Source: the human T2T-CHM13v2.0 reference genome, Homo sapiens
Direction: 5' to 3' (one strand)
NCBI RefSeq assembly: GCF_009914755.1
Contig: NC_060927.1
Length of the DNA: 64,000 nucleotides
Shown in pieces: positions 27,850 to 43,330 of this stretch. The notes beneath the pieces are model-generated. The model was not told where the DNA came from. It did not search any database and saw only the letters and a program-made list of their open reading frames with translations. A program made the translations under genes and the position numbers. Every line of letters starts with the position of its first letter. Positions within the stretch are counted from its first letter, which is position 1.

Positions 27850-28010
27850 GATTTTATTGCACGTTAGGCATTTACCTGCTATACATATATTATCTAATTT
27901 ATTTATCTCAAAAACTCCAATAAGCTTGGTTTTGCTATCCCCACTTTATAGATCAGCAAAGTAAAACTCAAAACAGGTAACTTGTCAAAAGTTGCAGGAG
28001 TTCTGGAATC
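27850..28010 (-). mobile_element. MIR SINE (degenerate)
   Basis: tatccccactttatagat...aggtaacttgtcaaaag. Confidence 0.55.
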
Positions 28011-28657
28011 TGAACGCTGTTGTATATAGATGATATCAGCACGGACAGGACAAAGGTGGGAAGAAGAGGAAGACATCTTCCCTCCCTTTTTTCAGAGGAG
28101 GTGAAGCGAGAAGGCAAAGAATCACTGGGCAACTTCTCACTTTAGTTACATGTTTAGTAAATTTAAATAATGTAGGAACATTTTGATGGTTCCAGGGACA
28201 AGAATGACATCTAAATTCACAAAATTGCCCATATTTTTATTGAATATGCATAGTAAAATTTAAGTGTAAACACTAAAATAGAGTTAGAATGTATAACTTC
28301 CAAACTGTTAAAAGGGAAACATTCAATAAAAAAGAAAATACCAATTTTTTAAAAGCAAGGAAGTAGAAGAAAGCATAGAAGAAAAAAGCACAGAAAAAAA
28401 GATGGTAGATCCAAATTTAAACACATTAGTAATTGCACTAAATGCATTTAGACAAAATTCTTAAATGAAAACACAGAGATTTTCAGTTTGGATTTTTGCA
28501 GTTTGATATATGCTGCTTATAAGACAATGTCTAAAAAATAATAATATGGAAAACCTAAAAACAGAGGGATGGAAAACATCCAAAATATGAACAAAAGGGA
28601 ACTGTTATAACTGTAATCATAACAAACAAAATAGATGTTAAAACAAAAAGCATTCTT

Positions 28658-28965
<308 letters not shown>

Positions 28966-28996
28966 CCAACAAAAAGCACTCTTAAGGGTAAGGCGG

Positions 28997-29614
28997 TTAC
29001 ATACGTTTTCTATTGCTCTGTAAGAAATTATCACAAACTTGGGCTTAAAAAACACCAATTTATTATCTCACAGTAAACATGGGTCAGAAGACTGGCACAA
29101 CATGGCTAGACTCCGTGCTTAGGATCTCATAAAGTTGGTATCAAAATGTTGGCAGGCTGCATTCTTACCTGGAGGCTTAAGGAGGGAGAGATTTGCTTTG
29201 AACACCTTCTGGTTGTTGGCTGAAAATATTTCCTTGTTGCTATATGATTGAGGTCTCCATTGTCTTGCTAGCTGTTAATCAGGGACTGTTTTCAGCTGTT
29301 AGGGCTACTATCAGGTCTTCACACTGGATCCTTGCCATCTCAGCAACAGAGACCTCTCTTGCATCCAATCTTTCTTCATGCGTCAAATCTCTCTGGTTTC
29401 TGTTTCTGCCCCTAGCCAGCAAAAACGCTCTGTGTAAAGGCTCGTGTGAGCCTTTTATGCCCACCCTGGTCATCTCCCTTTCTTAAAGTCAACAGTGCCA
29501 CAACGTAACCATGGGGAAAAAGCCATCAAAATCATAGTCCCAGGGATTATGTAGTGTGGGTCTAGCAAGGGGACAGGAAATCTTGGGGCACATTTGTGGA
29601 ATTCTGCTTACCAC
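28997..29614 (-). mobile_element. MLT1 (E-like) MaLR LTR
   Basis: gttttctattgctctgtaagaaattatcacaaactt...gaattctgcttaccaca. Confidence 0.8.
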
Positions 29615-30484
29615 AAAGGACACTATGATAATTGAATATGGGCTGTGTTAGGGAAGAAATCTAATCTTAGACTAAAAGGGGAAATTTGCCAGAAAAACAT
29701 AAAAATCTAAATGTCTATGCATCATTAAAATATCTCAAAATAAGTAAATCAATAGTTGGTAGAAATCAGGGAGAAAATTACATATCCATGATCATAGTGA
29801 GACATTTCAATATATCTCTTCCAAATGGCCAAAAATTTAATAAACCAAGACTATTTCAAGGGCAAAACTTGAAAGAAGAAACTTTAAAAGAAACTTGAGA
29901 TACAGGACATTTATGGAATATTACAAAAAAGAAAACACATTCTTTTCAAATAAACATGGAAGCACTATGTACTGGGTTACAAAATACATTTTTAAACTAA
30001 TTTCAAAGAATCATTATTATAAAGACCACATTCTTTGTAAATACAATTAAATTAGAAGTCAATAACAAAAGACAAAACCATATATTTGGAAACAAAATGA
30101 CATAAATTCAAATAAGTGGCCAAAGATGAACTTGTATGGAATGTAACAATACACAAGAACTAAACATTAATGAAAATATTAAGATCAAAACAGAATTTTG
30201 CCACAGTGGTACCTAGAGCAAAACCTGTACCATTAAATGTTTAAGTTAAAAAAAAAAAAAAGCAAGGCTGGAAATGAAGATGTCCAACTTAAGAAGTTAG
30301 AAAAAACTTCAACAAGATAAGAAAGAAAGTAGAAAAATTAAAAAATAGAAAAGAACACAATAGAGAAGGACCAGAAAGCCAAAAGTTGATCCATTGAAAA
30401 GAAGAATAAATAAAGACACTAAACTTTCTCAAGAATTGCAAAGCTTGCATAACTCTATAAGGTTTAAAAAAAATTAATCAGTAG

Positions 30485-30843
<359 letters not shown>

Positions 30844-31188
30844 CAGATGGCTTTTTAAGTGAGTTCTACAAAACTTTCAAAAAAACCCAAATCATTCTAA
30901 ACTTTCATAAAACTTTCTACAATATAGGAAACAAAAAAATTTTCTAATTCAATTTATGAATGTTATAAAACTTTAATATTAAAGCCAGACAATGGAGAGT
31001 ATAAGAGAAGTCACCATTATATATGAACATAGATACAAACTTTTAAAACAACTTATGGACAAAATTATTCAAGAAGAAAATAAAAGAGATAATATGTCAT
31101 GACTAAGTTGGATTTATCACACTTCTACAAGGACAGTGTGTTAGAAAAATTTATAAATATCAGTTATACTATTAAAAGATTAAATAAG

Positions 31189-31325
31189 TCCAGGTGCTGT
31201 GGCTCTGGCCTATAATCCTAACACTTTGGGAGGCCAAGGTGGGAGGATCACACCAGCTCAAGAGTTTGAGACCAGCCTGGGCAATATAGCAAGACCCCAT
31301 CTCTAAAAAATAAAAAAAGAAAATA
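31189..31325 (+). mobile_element. FLAM_C / Alu left monomer
   Basis: Single monomer with A tail. TSD-like aagattaaataa/aagactaaataa. Confidence 0.85.
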
Positions 31326-32181
31326 TTTTAAAGAAGACTAAATAAAAATACATATGATCTTCATGATATAGGCAAAATAGACATCTGATGAATTTAGGCA
31401 TTTGATAATGATTTTTTTTAATTCCCTTAAAAATAAACATGTATTTTAGCCTGTAAAAATTATCACCAAAAGGTAAAGCAAATACCTTTCTTAATGGTGA
31501 GAATGATTCTCTGAAGGCAGGAGCAAGAAAAAATGCCCACTACCTACTACTTATATTCAAGACTGAATTTGAATTCCCAGCCATTGGAATAAAACAAGAA
31601 AAAAGGTTTAAAAAATATGAGAGAGAGAAAGAAACAAAATTGTCATTTTCCAAAGAGGAAGTGGTTTTTAATATAAAAAAATTTTCCAAAATTACCAAAT
31701 ATTTATTAGAAATAAGAGTTTAGCAATATGGATAGATATGAGATCCTTGTAGAAGTAAATAAAATCTTTACTTAACAGTCCTTGTAAATATAATTCCCTA
31801 TAAATTAAAGATTTATGTGAAAGACAAAATAGAAAACATTTTAAAGTAAATATGGAGAAGGTATTTCTGATCTCAGAGTATGGAAGTCTTTCCTAAATAA
31901 AATACAAAAATAATTAACTGTGTAAGAAAAGATTGACAAATTAAACTGCCATAAAAATAAGATTATCTGCACATCAAGAGTCACCAAAAAGATAACGAAA
32001 AGACAAGACACAAAATGAAAAAAGACAGTTGCCACAAAATTAAAAAAGAACATATTAGTAACTTTCACAAATCAACAAGAAAAAATCAAACAACCCAATA
32101 AATTAAAAAATAGAGAAAAATATAAACAGAAATACCCTATAAAACGAAACACAACTGACACATAAGCATATAAAAATATGG

Positions 32182-32660
<479 letters not shown>

Positions 32661-32739
32661 TTATTTATTTATTTTTAAATAGTCTCCATTAAATAAAATG
32701 ATGTATTAGATTTTCATCTTCAAGTACTATCCTTTATGT

Positions 32740-32965
32740 TAGTGTTGGCTTAAGGTGTGGTCCATGGATGATGCCGGTCCATGAACGCGTGTCACCGTTT
32801 CACAATGAGATGAGTACAGAAACTGAAACTCAGCTTTTAGAAACTTCTGCAGTGGTTACATTCAAACATGTCATCAGTGGACTTTCATAAAATTATCGAT
32901 TCGTGAATGATTTGGTAGTAAGTACTGATTCTTAACCATAAATTTGTACCTTTGAGAAGCATTAT
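32740..32965. mobile_element. hAT-Charlie MITE (MER119-like, internally deleted)
   Basis: aggtgtggtccatgga...gagatgagtacagaaactga...ctttgagaagca. Confidence 0.55.
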
Positions 32966-35069
32966 TCTATGACCCTGTTTCTTTGGCTACGATTGTACTG
33001 AACCAGTAGTTTTCCAACTGTGGGCTTGAAGTTTCTGCTCACCGAATTTCATACCCTCATCTAGTTTTCATCATCAGTTCAGGTCAGGGCTCCCAAAAGT
33101 GGGCTCTGATGCATAAGTTTCATGGGTAAATTACAAAACAAGGCTTCCATCGTCAAAGAATTTGAGAGATTTGGAATGAAATGAAATAAAACAACTTTCT
33201 TTTGTAGAACTTCTCAGAGTCCTTAATAGGCTGATGAACATTATAAATATCTCAGAATGAAAAATTAAAATGTCTAGTAAAACCAAATATTGGTCAGAAT
33301 CTGGATGAAATGGAATTCTCATATTCTTTTAATAGAAGTATAAATTGATATAACCACTTGGGAAAACAATTTGTCATTGTCTTATAAAATTGAATATGCA
33401 CATATCATTTGACCCAGAATAATAAAGACATTCTTGAATATACACCAGAAAATAATAGCAAAAATATTGAAACATCCTATAAGCCCATTGAGAGGAGATT
33501 ACATAAATAAATGTTGGTATATTAACACAATATACAACAGTGAAAATAAAAATAAATCTACCCCCACTATATACAACAAAATGGAGAATCATAGAACATA
33601 ATATTAAGTGTTACCTTTTGCTTAGAACATAATGCTGAGTGTTACACAACAGCAGTTAATGTAGAGAAAGTATGGCAAATCCATGAAATGAAGAGCTATG
33701 CAGTCACTAAAAATGATTCATAAAATAAAATATAGTAATGAGAACTGATATTTGCAATATACAAACCTATTTTTTATTATACTTGTCATCTAATATATGT
33801 ATCATATGTTGATACATATATGTAATAGATATACAATGTTGTACAGATTGAATACCTATTGCATATACAGATAATATGTATTCTTGGGGAAAGCATCAGA
33901 TGGAGGGATGCCAGAATGATTTTTATGTCAGGTGATGTTATTTGGGATTATTTTTGTTTTTAAATATTTACTTTTCTATATTTTCTTAAGTTTCTGCAAT
34001 GAATATATCTTTGGTAATGAGGAAGAATAATAATAAATATTAACTGAAAAAAATCACTGAGAGAAGAGGGAAATGGCCTCTGGAATTCATTTTGAGAATA
34101 GGACATAACTGAACACAATTAGAAATAAAGAGATGGGGAATAAGGGTCAATCACAGAATTTCAACTCATCAAGGCAAAAATCTGCTTGAAGTAGTCAGTG
34201 TCTCCTTAGACATCTTACACTACTCTTGTGCCCAGGTGTGTTTGCTTCCAAAACATAGGCCCCTTGTATCGCTATCACATGGATTGAAAGCTACTATAGA
34301 AATATTCTGCTCTTGGGAGACAAAGATTGAATGTATAGAGTTCTAGCCTTGGAATTATTAAAAATGGAAAAGGAAACTTGAAGTACTTTAGAAACACAGA
34401 GAAGATAATTTCGATTGTAATAAAGCCAATAAGATTTATAGCAGTCACATAGGAGAACTTCCAGAAAATAGAAATTATTAAACATTACAGCAAGCTATTA
34501 AAAAATTTACAGGACCTTGTTTCTAACTAATCTTTCAGCATCAAATAAATAATCAGATATTTTGAAGGCATGGAATAAAGGTTAATTTTAGAGGTTAAGA
34601 CATATCTGGTGATCTAAAGTCTTGGGATGGTTTTTGCTTGTTTGTTTTTGCCCTGCCTTTATTTCGTGCCCGATGATTTGATAGAACTATCCAATTTTGA
34701 TGCCATTTTTGTAGAAAGAAAATTATGAGCCTATACCAGAATTTCCCTGTGTCTCCTCTGCAAACCTGATTCTATAAAACACTTATAAACAAGACTTCCA
34801 TAGTCAACTACCTCTGGGGTATTATCTCAGAGAGACTGGCAATACACATTAGCATACAAAGTCCCTGAGAAGTTCCGCAGGGAAGACATAAATGACATCT
34901 GTATAACTCTACAGCACGGCCTACTTTGGAAAGCCCTGAACCAAACCAATGGAGAAAATCGTATTCGAAGATTAAGTCAAATGAAAGGAGATTCTGCAAA
35001 CACATAAGAGGCAGAACTATTGGCTCAGGATCTCAGGATAATGATGAAAGAAAACACAGGACCACAGAG

Positions 35070-35292
35070 CAGTGCTACTTAAACTATCTGTGGCAAATGG
35101 CCATTTTTAAATCATATCTCTTCCATCATAGATCAATACCTTTGTAAAGTCTGCTGATCATGCTCTTGGTGTCGACATGATGTCAAATTAAGAGTTTTGC
35201 TATACCTATTCTAATTTGTGTGCTTATCTCACTGTGGTAGCAAACAATTTGTGGACTGGCATTGCCTATGGAGTGCACTTCGAGTAACACTG
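35070..35292. mobile_element. hAT-Charlie MITE
   Basis: TIRs CAGTGCTACTTAAA / TTCGAGTAACACTG. 8-bp TSD CCACAGAG/CCATAGAG. Confidence 0.75.
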
Positions 35293-35371
35293 CCATAGAG
35301 GGTAGTAAGTTGAGGATGTAAATCTGGTGCATCAATTTTTTCAACCCAGAATGTTTTAAAATAGATAAACA

Positions 35372-35712
<341 letters not shown>

Positions 35713-36069
35713 TAGATAAGAAGACACGCTAACTCATTCTGATGATTAGCAGGACACAGAGGAGGCCAAACCATTTAAAATCACATGAAGAAAAAATTAA
35801 AAGGAAGAAATAACTTAGTCAACAAATATTAAAGGAATAAGGAACGTGACCATTTTCATAAGTTGATAGCTTTTTTGTGTAAGTTTCATACTCCTACTTC
35901 TTGACTAACTGGAGTAGAGCAAGAGATCATTATAAATCTCTTTCAATTTTTGCTATATTGAAAGATTGTTTTCCACAAACGTCACTTAAAGAAATGACTG
36001 TCCTTTTATCTTGTTCCTGAAATAAAGGGAGTAAGGTAAAAATACCAATTGCTACTCTACCCAGCAAGG

Positions 36070-38525
36070 AAGATGTTGGCCATGAAAACAGGGCCTTACT
36101 CTCTTATATTGTCTCTGGGAGTGCAAAATAGTATGATATCTACGGGAAGGGAATTTGGCAAAAACTGGGCATTTACCCTTTGACCCAGTGATCCCATTTC
36201 TAGGTATCTAGTTCAGCTAGATACCTGATAAAATTATGAAAAAATATGTGCCCTAAGATACTCATTACAGAACTATTTTTAATAACAAAGGTCCAAAATC
36301 TACCCAAACAGTTAACAATAGAAGACTGATTGAATAAACTGTAGTATAGCCATAGAATGGGGTATTATGCAATTAAAAGAAACAAGAAATTCCTTTGTAT
36401 GCCACTATGAGATTTTCAAGTTGTACCTGAAGTCAAAAAAGCAAAGTGGATAAAAATTTATATAGCGAGCTACTGTTTATCTAAAAAGATATATCTATAT
36501 AGAGACAGATATAAAATATACCTACTTATATTTAAGAAACAAGCTCCTGAATGGTTAAGCCATAATTTGGTTTTTGAAATACTATATAATAATCTCTGGA
36601 GGAGGTAATTTAAAAAATTACCTGTGGTTTATGGGAAGAGGGCAGCACTAGGGGATAGGAATAGATGCTACACTTTATTTAATTTGCCTTATTTGTAGAT
36701 TTGATTTTCACATCATGTAAATATTTTACACAATTACAAAATAAAAACAAAATTTAAAAAGTAACTTTTAGAAAGAGAAATAAGATGAGGCCATGTGCGG
36801 TGGCTCATGCCTATAATCCCAGCACTTTGGGAGGCTGAGTCACGTGGATTGCTTGAGCTCAGGAGTTTGAGACCAGCCTGTGCAACATGGTAAACCCCCC
36901 ATGTCTACACAAAATAAAAAAAAAAATAGTTAGGCATGGTGGTGTGTGCCTTTAGTTCCAGCTACTCGGGAGGCTGAGGTGGAAGGATGGCTTGAACCCG
37001 GGAGGCAGAGTTTTCATCGAGCTGAGATGGCGCCACTGCATTCCAGCCTAGGTGACAGACTGCAACCCCGTCTCAAAGAGAGAGAGAGAGAGAAATGAAA
37101 TAAAAAGAAACAAATGGACGTAATGCATTTACAGTTGGTGGCATAACAACAGAGAGAATTCCATTTGCTATTAAAACTCTGTACTTTGACATGTCTAATG
37201 TGATGTATCTTACGTACAGAAAGAAATTTAAAAAATCATAAACTATTTTCAGTAATCATATTATCATTGGTAGGGTAGGTATTGCTATTCTGACCTTGCT
37301 GTGTGTATACCATGTGATAAAGCAGCCAAATAATTATGGGATATTCCAATTCTATCATTGTTGTTGTCATTGTTAAGAACTGGGATTCTTGGCAAGGGAA
37401 AGAGGAGATACACATTTGAGATTGAAGAGTTTTTTGGTCTTGAATTAGAATTGAAAGCATCACTACCACTACTTAATAGTATGGGTATATATCATTGAGC
37501 TCTTTCCACTGAAAACGTCTAGAAACATTGACCAACCCAGTAACAATGATTCATCCTAGTGTCCAGATGATAGTATACAAATACGATTTCCCGCTAAGAG
37601 GAGCCTGGACACCTTTAACAAACTGTCGACTCCAGGTTTGAGGCAGCATATGTACAAAATGAGTCTGGAACATCTTGTAGCAGATGGTAAGGAAGTTACT
37701 AAAATTTACTAGAGCGTCAAAAAATCTCCTCTTCAAGAAAAAACATAAAAATGTATAAAACTTCAATTGATTGGAACATTTCAAATATGTTTAAATCTAT
37801 GAGTTTATAATGATACTTCAGAAAATAGGTAATTTTGGGCAGGCTAGAAAACCACATCACTATTTTGAAATTGATATAGAAAGAGAAAAATAATGTATTT
37901 GGTCTCTCTTTCCTATATGAAATGCTTCACTGAGTAACCAAGAGTGGATCAGGAAAAAGTTTCCTCTTATTACAATTAATACACAGGGAAGGTGTGATAG
38001 GACTAAAATAGCAATGCTTTTTCAATTAATGAACTAATGAATCTCAATATTGATCATCAATGACTGCTGATGTGACAAGAACACAAGCTGCCAGATAATA
38101 CATGCCTCCTGGTAGGAGAAGAAATACTGCCAATCAAACTCTCTTGCCAAAGAAATTAACCTGAATTCAATCAAGTGTTTAACATACAGTATATACTGTA
38201 TATACTATGTCTTATCTTAATATACAAAAATACAGAGGACACAAGAACATGTTAAATGACACCACAGGGATGGAATCAGCAAAATCCAGACTATGGGAAC
38301 CTTTATAAGACAAATAGTTATTCAAGGAATAAATGGCAGGCAATACATTGCAAGGAAATAGCAATGTACAGATCTTATTTGGATCCTGACTCAAACAAAT
38401 AAACTTTAAAAATCATGAGACAACTGGAAAGTTTAACATTGATTAGATATTTCAAAATATTAAGGGATTATTGTGACATTTTTCAAGAGAGATAATGGTA
38501 GTGTGATTATGTTGAAGAAAAAAAA
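36070..38525 (+). mobile_element. L1MC/ME-like 3' region interrupted by AluJ
   Basis: tttgacccagtgatcccatttctagg; cagcaaaatccagactatgggaa; ttggatcctgactcaaacaaa. Confidence 0.7.
36789..37093 (+). mobile_element. AluJ with (GA)n tail
   Basis: ggattgcttgagctcagg and gaggtggaaggatggcttg J-type diagnostics. Confidence 0.9.
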
Positions 38526-39589
38526 GCAACCTGATTTCCTACCAGGGCAGTTTAGTTTCAGCTGAAGAACAAAAGGATTTATGGCAAGTGAAAAGGAAAG
38601 ACATGCTAAGGAAGCTTCCCTGCCACCGCCCCCACTTCCCCAAGTTTGCAGAAGGATATCTATAGAATAGCAACAGATGTCCTAGGAAAGAATGCAAAGC
38701 CTCATTCTCTTTCAAGATTCTAGGACTATTCATAAACTGTTCAGCTATTTTATGTCATCAGCAGAGTTCCTCCAGTGAATTACAGTCCTCTATCGGCTTT
38801 GGGACCATCCATTACAAGATGCAACCAGAAGCCAAGATGCAGTTGGCTCATCTCACTAAGTGTTTTCATAAGCAGATTTATAATGAGAGGAAAATGCATT
38901 TTATTGATAGTAACCAGGGCTACAGAGAACTCCCCCAAATTATCAGGGGTTGTTACAGGGGCAATTTGCAGAGCCTTCTTCCAACAAGACAGTAAAACAG
39001 CCCCCAGCCCTGCTAGCTTTTTAAAATCTACTAAACAATGCGAAGCCACGGTTTCATTTTTTTCTTTCTGGCTGGAGATAGTGGAAATGTTCATCACCCA
39101 GTGTGAAGTAATATGTGAAACAGGTGTTTTATTCCCTAGCAGGTAAAATGGGTTTGATTCCTGTGAGATGTAGACATTTCAAGGCTACCAGCAAGAGGTC
39201 CAGATGGTGTGTATTTTCATATCTAATATTATATAAAAGATTTCAAATGTATCCTGACTCTTAACAAAACCATAAATTCACAGCTTATTGCCATGCTGAA
39301 CAGCTCTGGTAGCTACTAATTAGTATTACTGTTTTTGCTTTCCTCTTCCAGGGATCACTAGCATACCTGAGCCTTTACATTTTTAGCTTCCAGTAAAAAG
39401 ACAGAATTCCAGGGTAGGAGCCCATCTCACTTAAGGGCCAGCTGCATGTACAACATTAGAACCTTAGGGGATATACAAATGTTTACGGAACCACAGGTGG
39501 AAACATAGGTTAAGCTTTTAAGGAAAAACACTTTCAGTTGTTCCCTGTTTGGTCATGAAATGATTCCAGAAATATTATTGAGCGTCTTT

Positions 39590-39800
39590 TAATAATAATA
39601 ATACCAATAGCAAGCATTATTGCAAGTTTATTATAAAACAGGCATTTTTCAGATTATGCTACACACGCTGTCTTATTCAATATTCCTAATCACCTTTGGA
39701 GATACCAGTAGCTCCATGTTACATATTAGGCAACTGAGGTTTAGGAAACTTCAGCAGCTTACTCAAGAGCCAACTCAGGTATAATGGGTAGCAGTCCTCA
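39590..39800 (-). mobile_element. MIR SINE
   Basis: (AAT)n end and aactgaggtttaggaaac...cttactcaag. Confidence 0.55.
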
Positions 39801-42800
39801 CTCTTAATAAGAATAGCATATTCCTTTTTTGCTGTGTAGCATGATAGCCCAGAAGGCACTGTATACATTGTGTGCAGAAGGAGCCCCTTGGAAAGAGTTC
39901 TGTGGTATTTATAGGAAACACTACTATAAAGAAAGGAAGTCAAGTCAGCAATACAGTGGGTTAGAATTGTTCCCATTCTAGAAAGCAACAGTCTAGGTCT
40001 CAATACAGGGTAATGAGCCAGCCTATGCTTCCTAAAAGCCCTGGGCAGAGTTTAACCTCCTGATTCCATTCTCCTGCCTCCCGCTGTCTTGTGCTCATAA
40101 GTATATCAACCACTGCTCTGTCAAAGGAACATTTTGCCCCCTCCTAAGACTATTTAATATGCTCTATAGAGTGAGGAGGAAGAGAAAATATAGGAGCTAA
40201 TACTTTGGGGGAAACTCCATGATCTCACATTGTTCATTTTATGAACAAGCTCCTCTTATTTTCTATTGAGAAGAGTCAACAGGATTGATTTCTTTCATCC
40301 TAATACCCCAACATATAAGCTTCCATTGATACTGAGCTATGCAAAATCTCAAGTCTGCCTCAATCCCGAGAGCATGGAGTGAAAAAAGTAATGTTGGGAG
40401 AATCTAGGCTGCTCTTTCTGCCCTTCAGGTTAAAATTGCTTTTGTGATTTTCAGTCAGTTCCTTTACCTCAGTGGGGTCAGGTGTTCTTATATCCAGAAG
40501 TCTTCATGTGAAATAATGTCTAAGGATTCATATAGCTTTGGAACTCAGTACCTTAATGCCAATGCCCATGCTCATAACTCACATGAGTGGGCTCATCAGA
40601 ATAAAATAAGTGATTTATTTTATTTTGGGGAGCATGACTGATTAGATAGAAACCCGTTACAACAGGGATTTTGGATTCCATCTTATAAAAATAAAAACGT
40701 AAGCAAAATTTGCCATGGTCTTACCTGCAAGGCAGACTCTAAATGGAAATATAAGTAGAGTTTAAGGAACCATATAGAAATATGACAACATTTCCACATT
40801 TCTGGGTGAGTTTTGTGGAATAACTTTCATTGTCTTGCTTTATGCTATTTAATCCCTTGTAGTAATAGAGGCATTGGCATCTTAACTTTCTAGAAGAGCC
40901 AAGAGGGCATCACATTAAAAAAATCAAAGCCCTTAATTTCTAACCCTTAGCAACTCTTGCAGACAACTATAGCTTGGTTTTCACCTATTTCTGTCGTCTG
41001 GTATTTTTTTTCACAAGTGAGAAAGATCTTGACCAACAAAGGTCTAAATAGATGTTCCTCTTTCATGCTCAACGGAATTCCGAAGGAATCCTCATTTTCT
41101 CTTTCTGTTCAGGCATGGTGTGCAGAAGTCAGCTGTGAAAAGGAGGAATGAAAGCAAGTGAAGGATGCCCTTCATAAGGAACAAGCGATCTCTCTAAAAC
41201 CAATCCTAGAGTATGGCTTCAGATTCTGCTCCCATTTCTCAATGATTATGAGTTTTGTGCCACATCTTCTCCCCCTTTATCCCTACAATATTTGCATTTC
41301 ATGTTTTTATTCTCTTACTGCCTGAGCAATTTGAAACTCTCATATTTAGGCAATTCCCAGATCTCGTTCTTAAAGCATTGTGATTCCCTTTCAGCTTTTC
41401 AGAGGCACGTGTGCTGGGGAAGGCACTGAGTCCTCCCTGTCAATCCAATTTGTGATAAGGATTTCCCCAGGTGCACCCATTCCATAGTCCCTGTGTTGCT
41501 CTGAGCCTGGTTGGCATCCTTTTGGGAAGCATTTGTATTGCTTTTTCATCTCAGAAAAGATACTCTAGTCACAAACCAGTCATCTGCCTGTTAAGCTGTA
41601 TTTAGAACAAATCACTCCGAAGCAAAACAACGATGACAACAACAAAAGAGCCACACTTATTTCTTTCTAGACTTTTAACAAAATGTTTGATGTTGTGGAG
41701 ATTTCCAAACAATTAATGTGAAATTGGGTACTGTTGTTCACATGATTTATTTACCATATATAGAGAATTCAGCTGGAGTGCTACTGTCAATGATGCTCCC
41801 AATGAAATTTCAGCAGAGAGTTGGAAAATCAGCAAATTGTTTATTTCCAAAGAGGAATTACATTTTCAAAGGATAAAAGTTAATAGGAGTCATAGTGCTC
41901 AAAAACCACACGATATAGGAAAACCTACCCCACTCCACCAAAGGGCACATCTTGCTTTGAACACTTGATTTCATATTAACAGTTCATGAGTTATTCAAAG
42001 CAGGGGAATCTCCTGCAGGTTGGGAAATATCCTAGTGCTTTTCATAGCCTTCCATGTCATGGATCAGGGACACACACTTGTGCACATGTGTGCACAGACA
42101 CAAAACAGAGAGAATGCTTAACAGGAGCACATTTTACAAAAGTGAGATCCCAGGCCTGGAAAATCCCAAACTCTTATAAATTTTACAAATCCAAAATGGA
42201 ATATTCAAAAAGAACTCAACCTGTTTCTCTTGAGTAACTTTTCAGACTCTCATTACAGGCCCCATGAGGTCAGTCAGATTTCTGTTCTACAGGATACTGC
42301 AAAAAGAGACCAGAAATTTAAAAAGGAGTGATGGTACCACACAAAATAGTAAAAATGAAATAGAGAAGGTGTGAAGTTAGATCCTTGATTTATGTGTGGA
42401 AAGCTAGTGCCAAGAATATTGTTATGGGCCTGGCTCCTAGAGGCAAGATTTGTTAGCAAAAACTGTCTCTAAATATTTATGCTCAGCTAAATAATTGCTA
42501 AATAATTCCGGATCCCAGCTGGAAATCTAGGATCAGGACTAGCCTAAATTAGTAGATCTATGTGATAGTATATTGGTATTTTATCCAGAAAGTACTTGCT
42601 CAATGATAGGTTCAACTTCAGCATATAATTCATATACTTTTATAAAAGCCTTTTCATGGCATTACATAGAAGGCCTTTCCTTGGAAATATTTCCATAAAA
42701 TAAACAAAGCACTTAAATCAGTCCATTCAATAGCATTTGTTTTAGGATTATTAAAGAAATACAGAGTTTTGACTTCCGCAGTGTGCTAACATGGATTATT

Positions 42801-43229
42801 CTTTCATTTGCTGATCCTTGTATGTGCAGTAGGATGTTGAAAGTGGGGGTGGTGGCAGCATATTTCTACATCACCTTGGACTTTACCTTTCTGAGAATCA
42901 ACATAGGTTTCTAACTTTTTTTATGGCCCTGACTGGTGCTTCAGTAAACCCACGAATAAAAGCAGTACTCCAATCTGCAGAGACTCTAGAAGAAAATACT
43001 TTCTATGAACCAAAAAACAAAGAGGAAGCTTCATCATTTAATTTGACTGCTAGAGAAACATCTACACATTTCTCACATTCTTCTCATATCAGAATAAGGG
43101 ATTGTTATAGATTTTTGACCAAAAATTAAAATTTTCTGAATTTAAAAGGAGTGAGTTGAAATGGAAGCCTATACTTATACTTTTCACTTTTTCTCTGGGA
43201 TCCCATACAAATGCTTCAAATAACACAAA

Positions 43230-43330
43230 GGAGATCAAGAGTTTAGAGTGGACTCTGTCATAAACAAGTTCTGTGATGTCACTTTCCTTCTTTGAGCTTC
43301 AGTTTCCTCATCTGTGAATGCGAGAATGGA
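43230..43330 (+). mobile_element. MIR core fragment
   Basis: tttgagcttcagtttcctcatctgtgaatg. Confidence 0.6.

Noticed and set aside
38184-38201. 18-bp palindrome ATACAGTATATACTGTAT
   Set aside because: Low-complexity TA-centred palindrome inside an L1; common.
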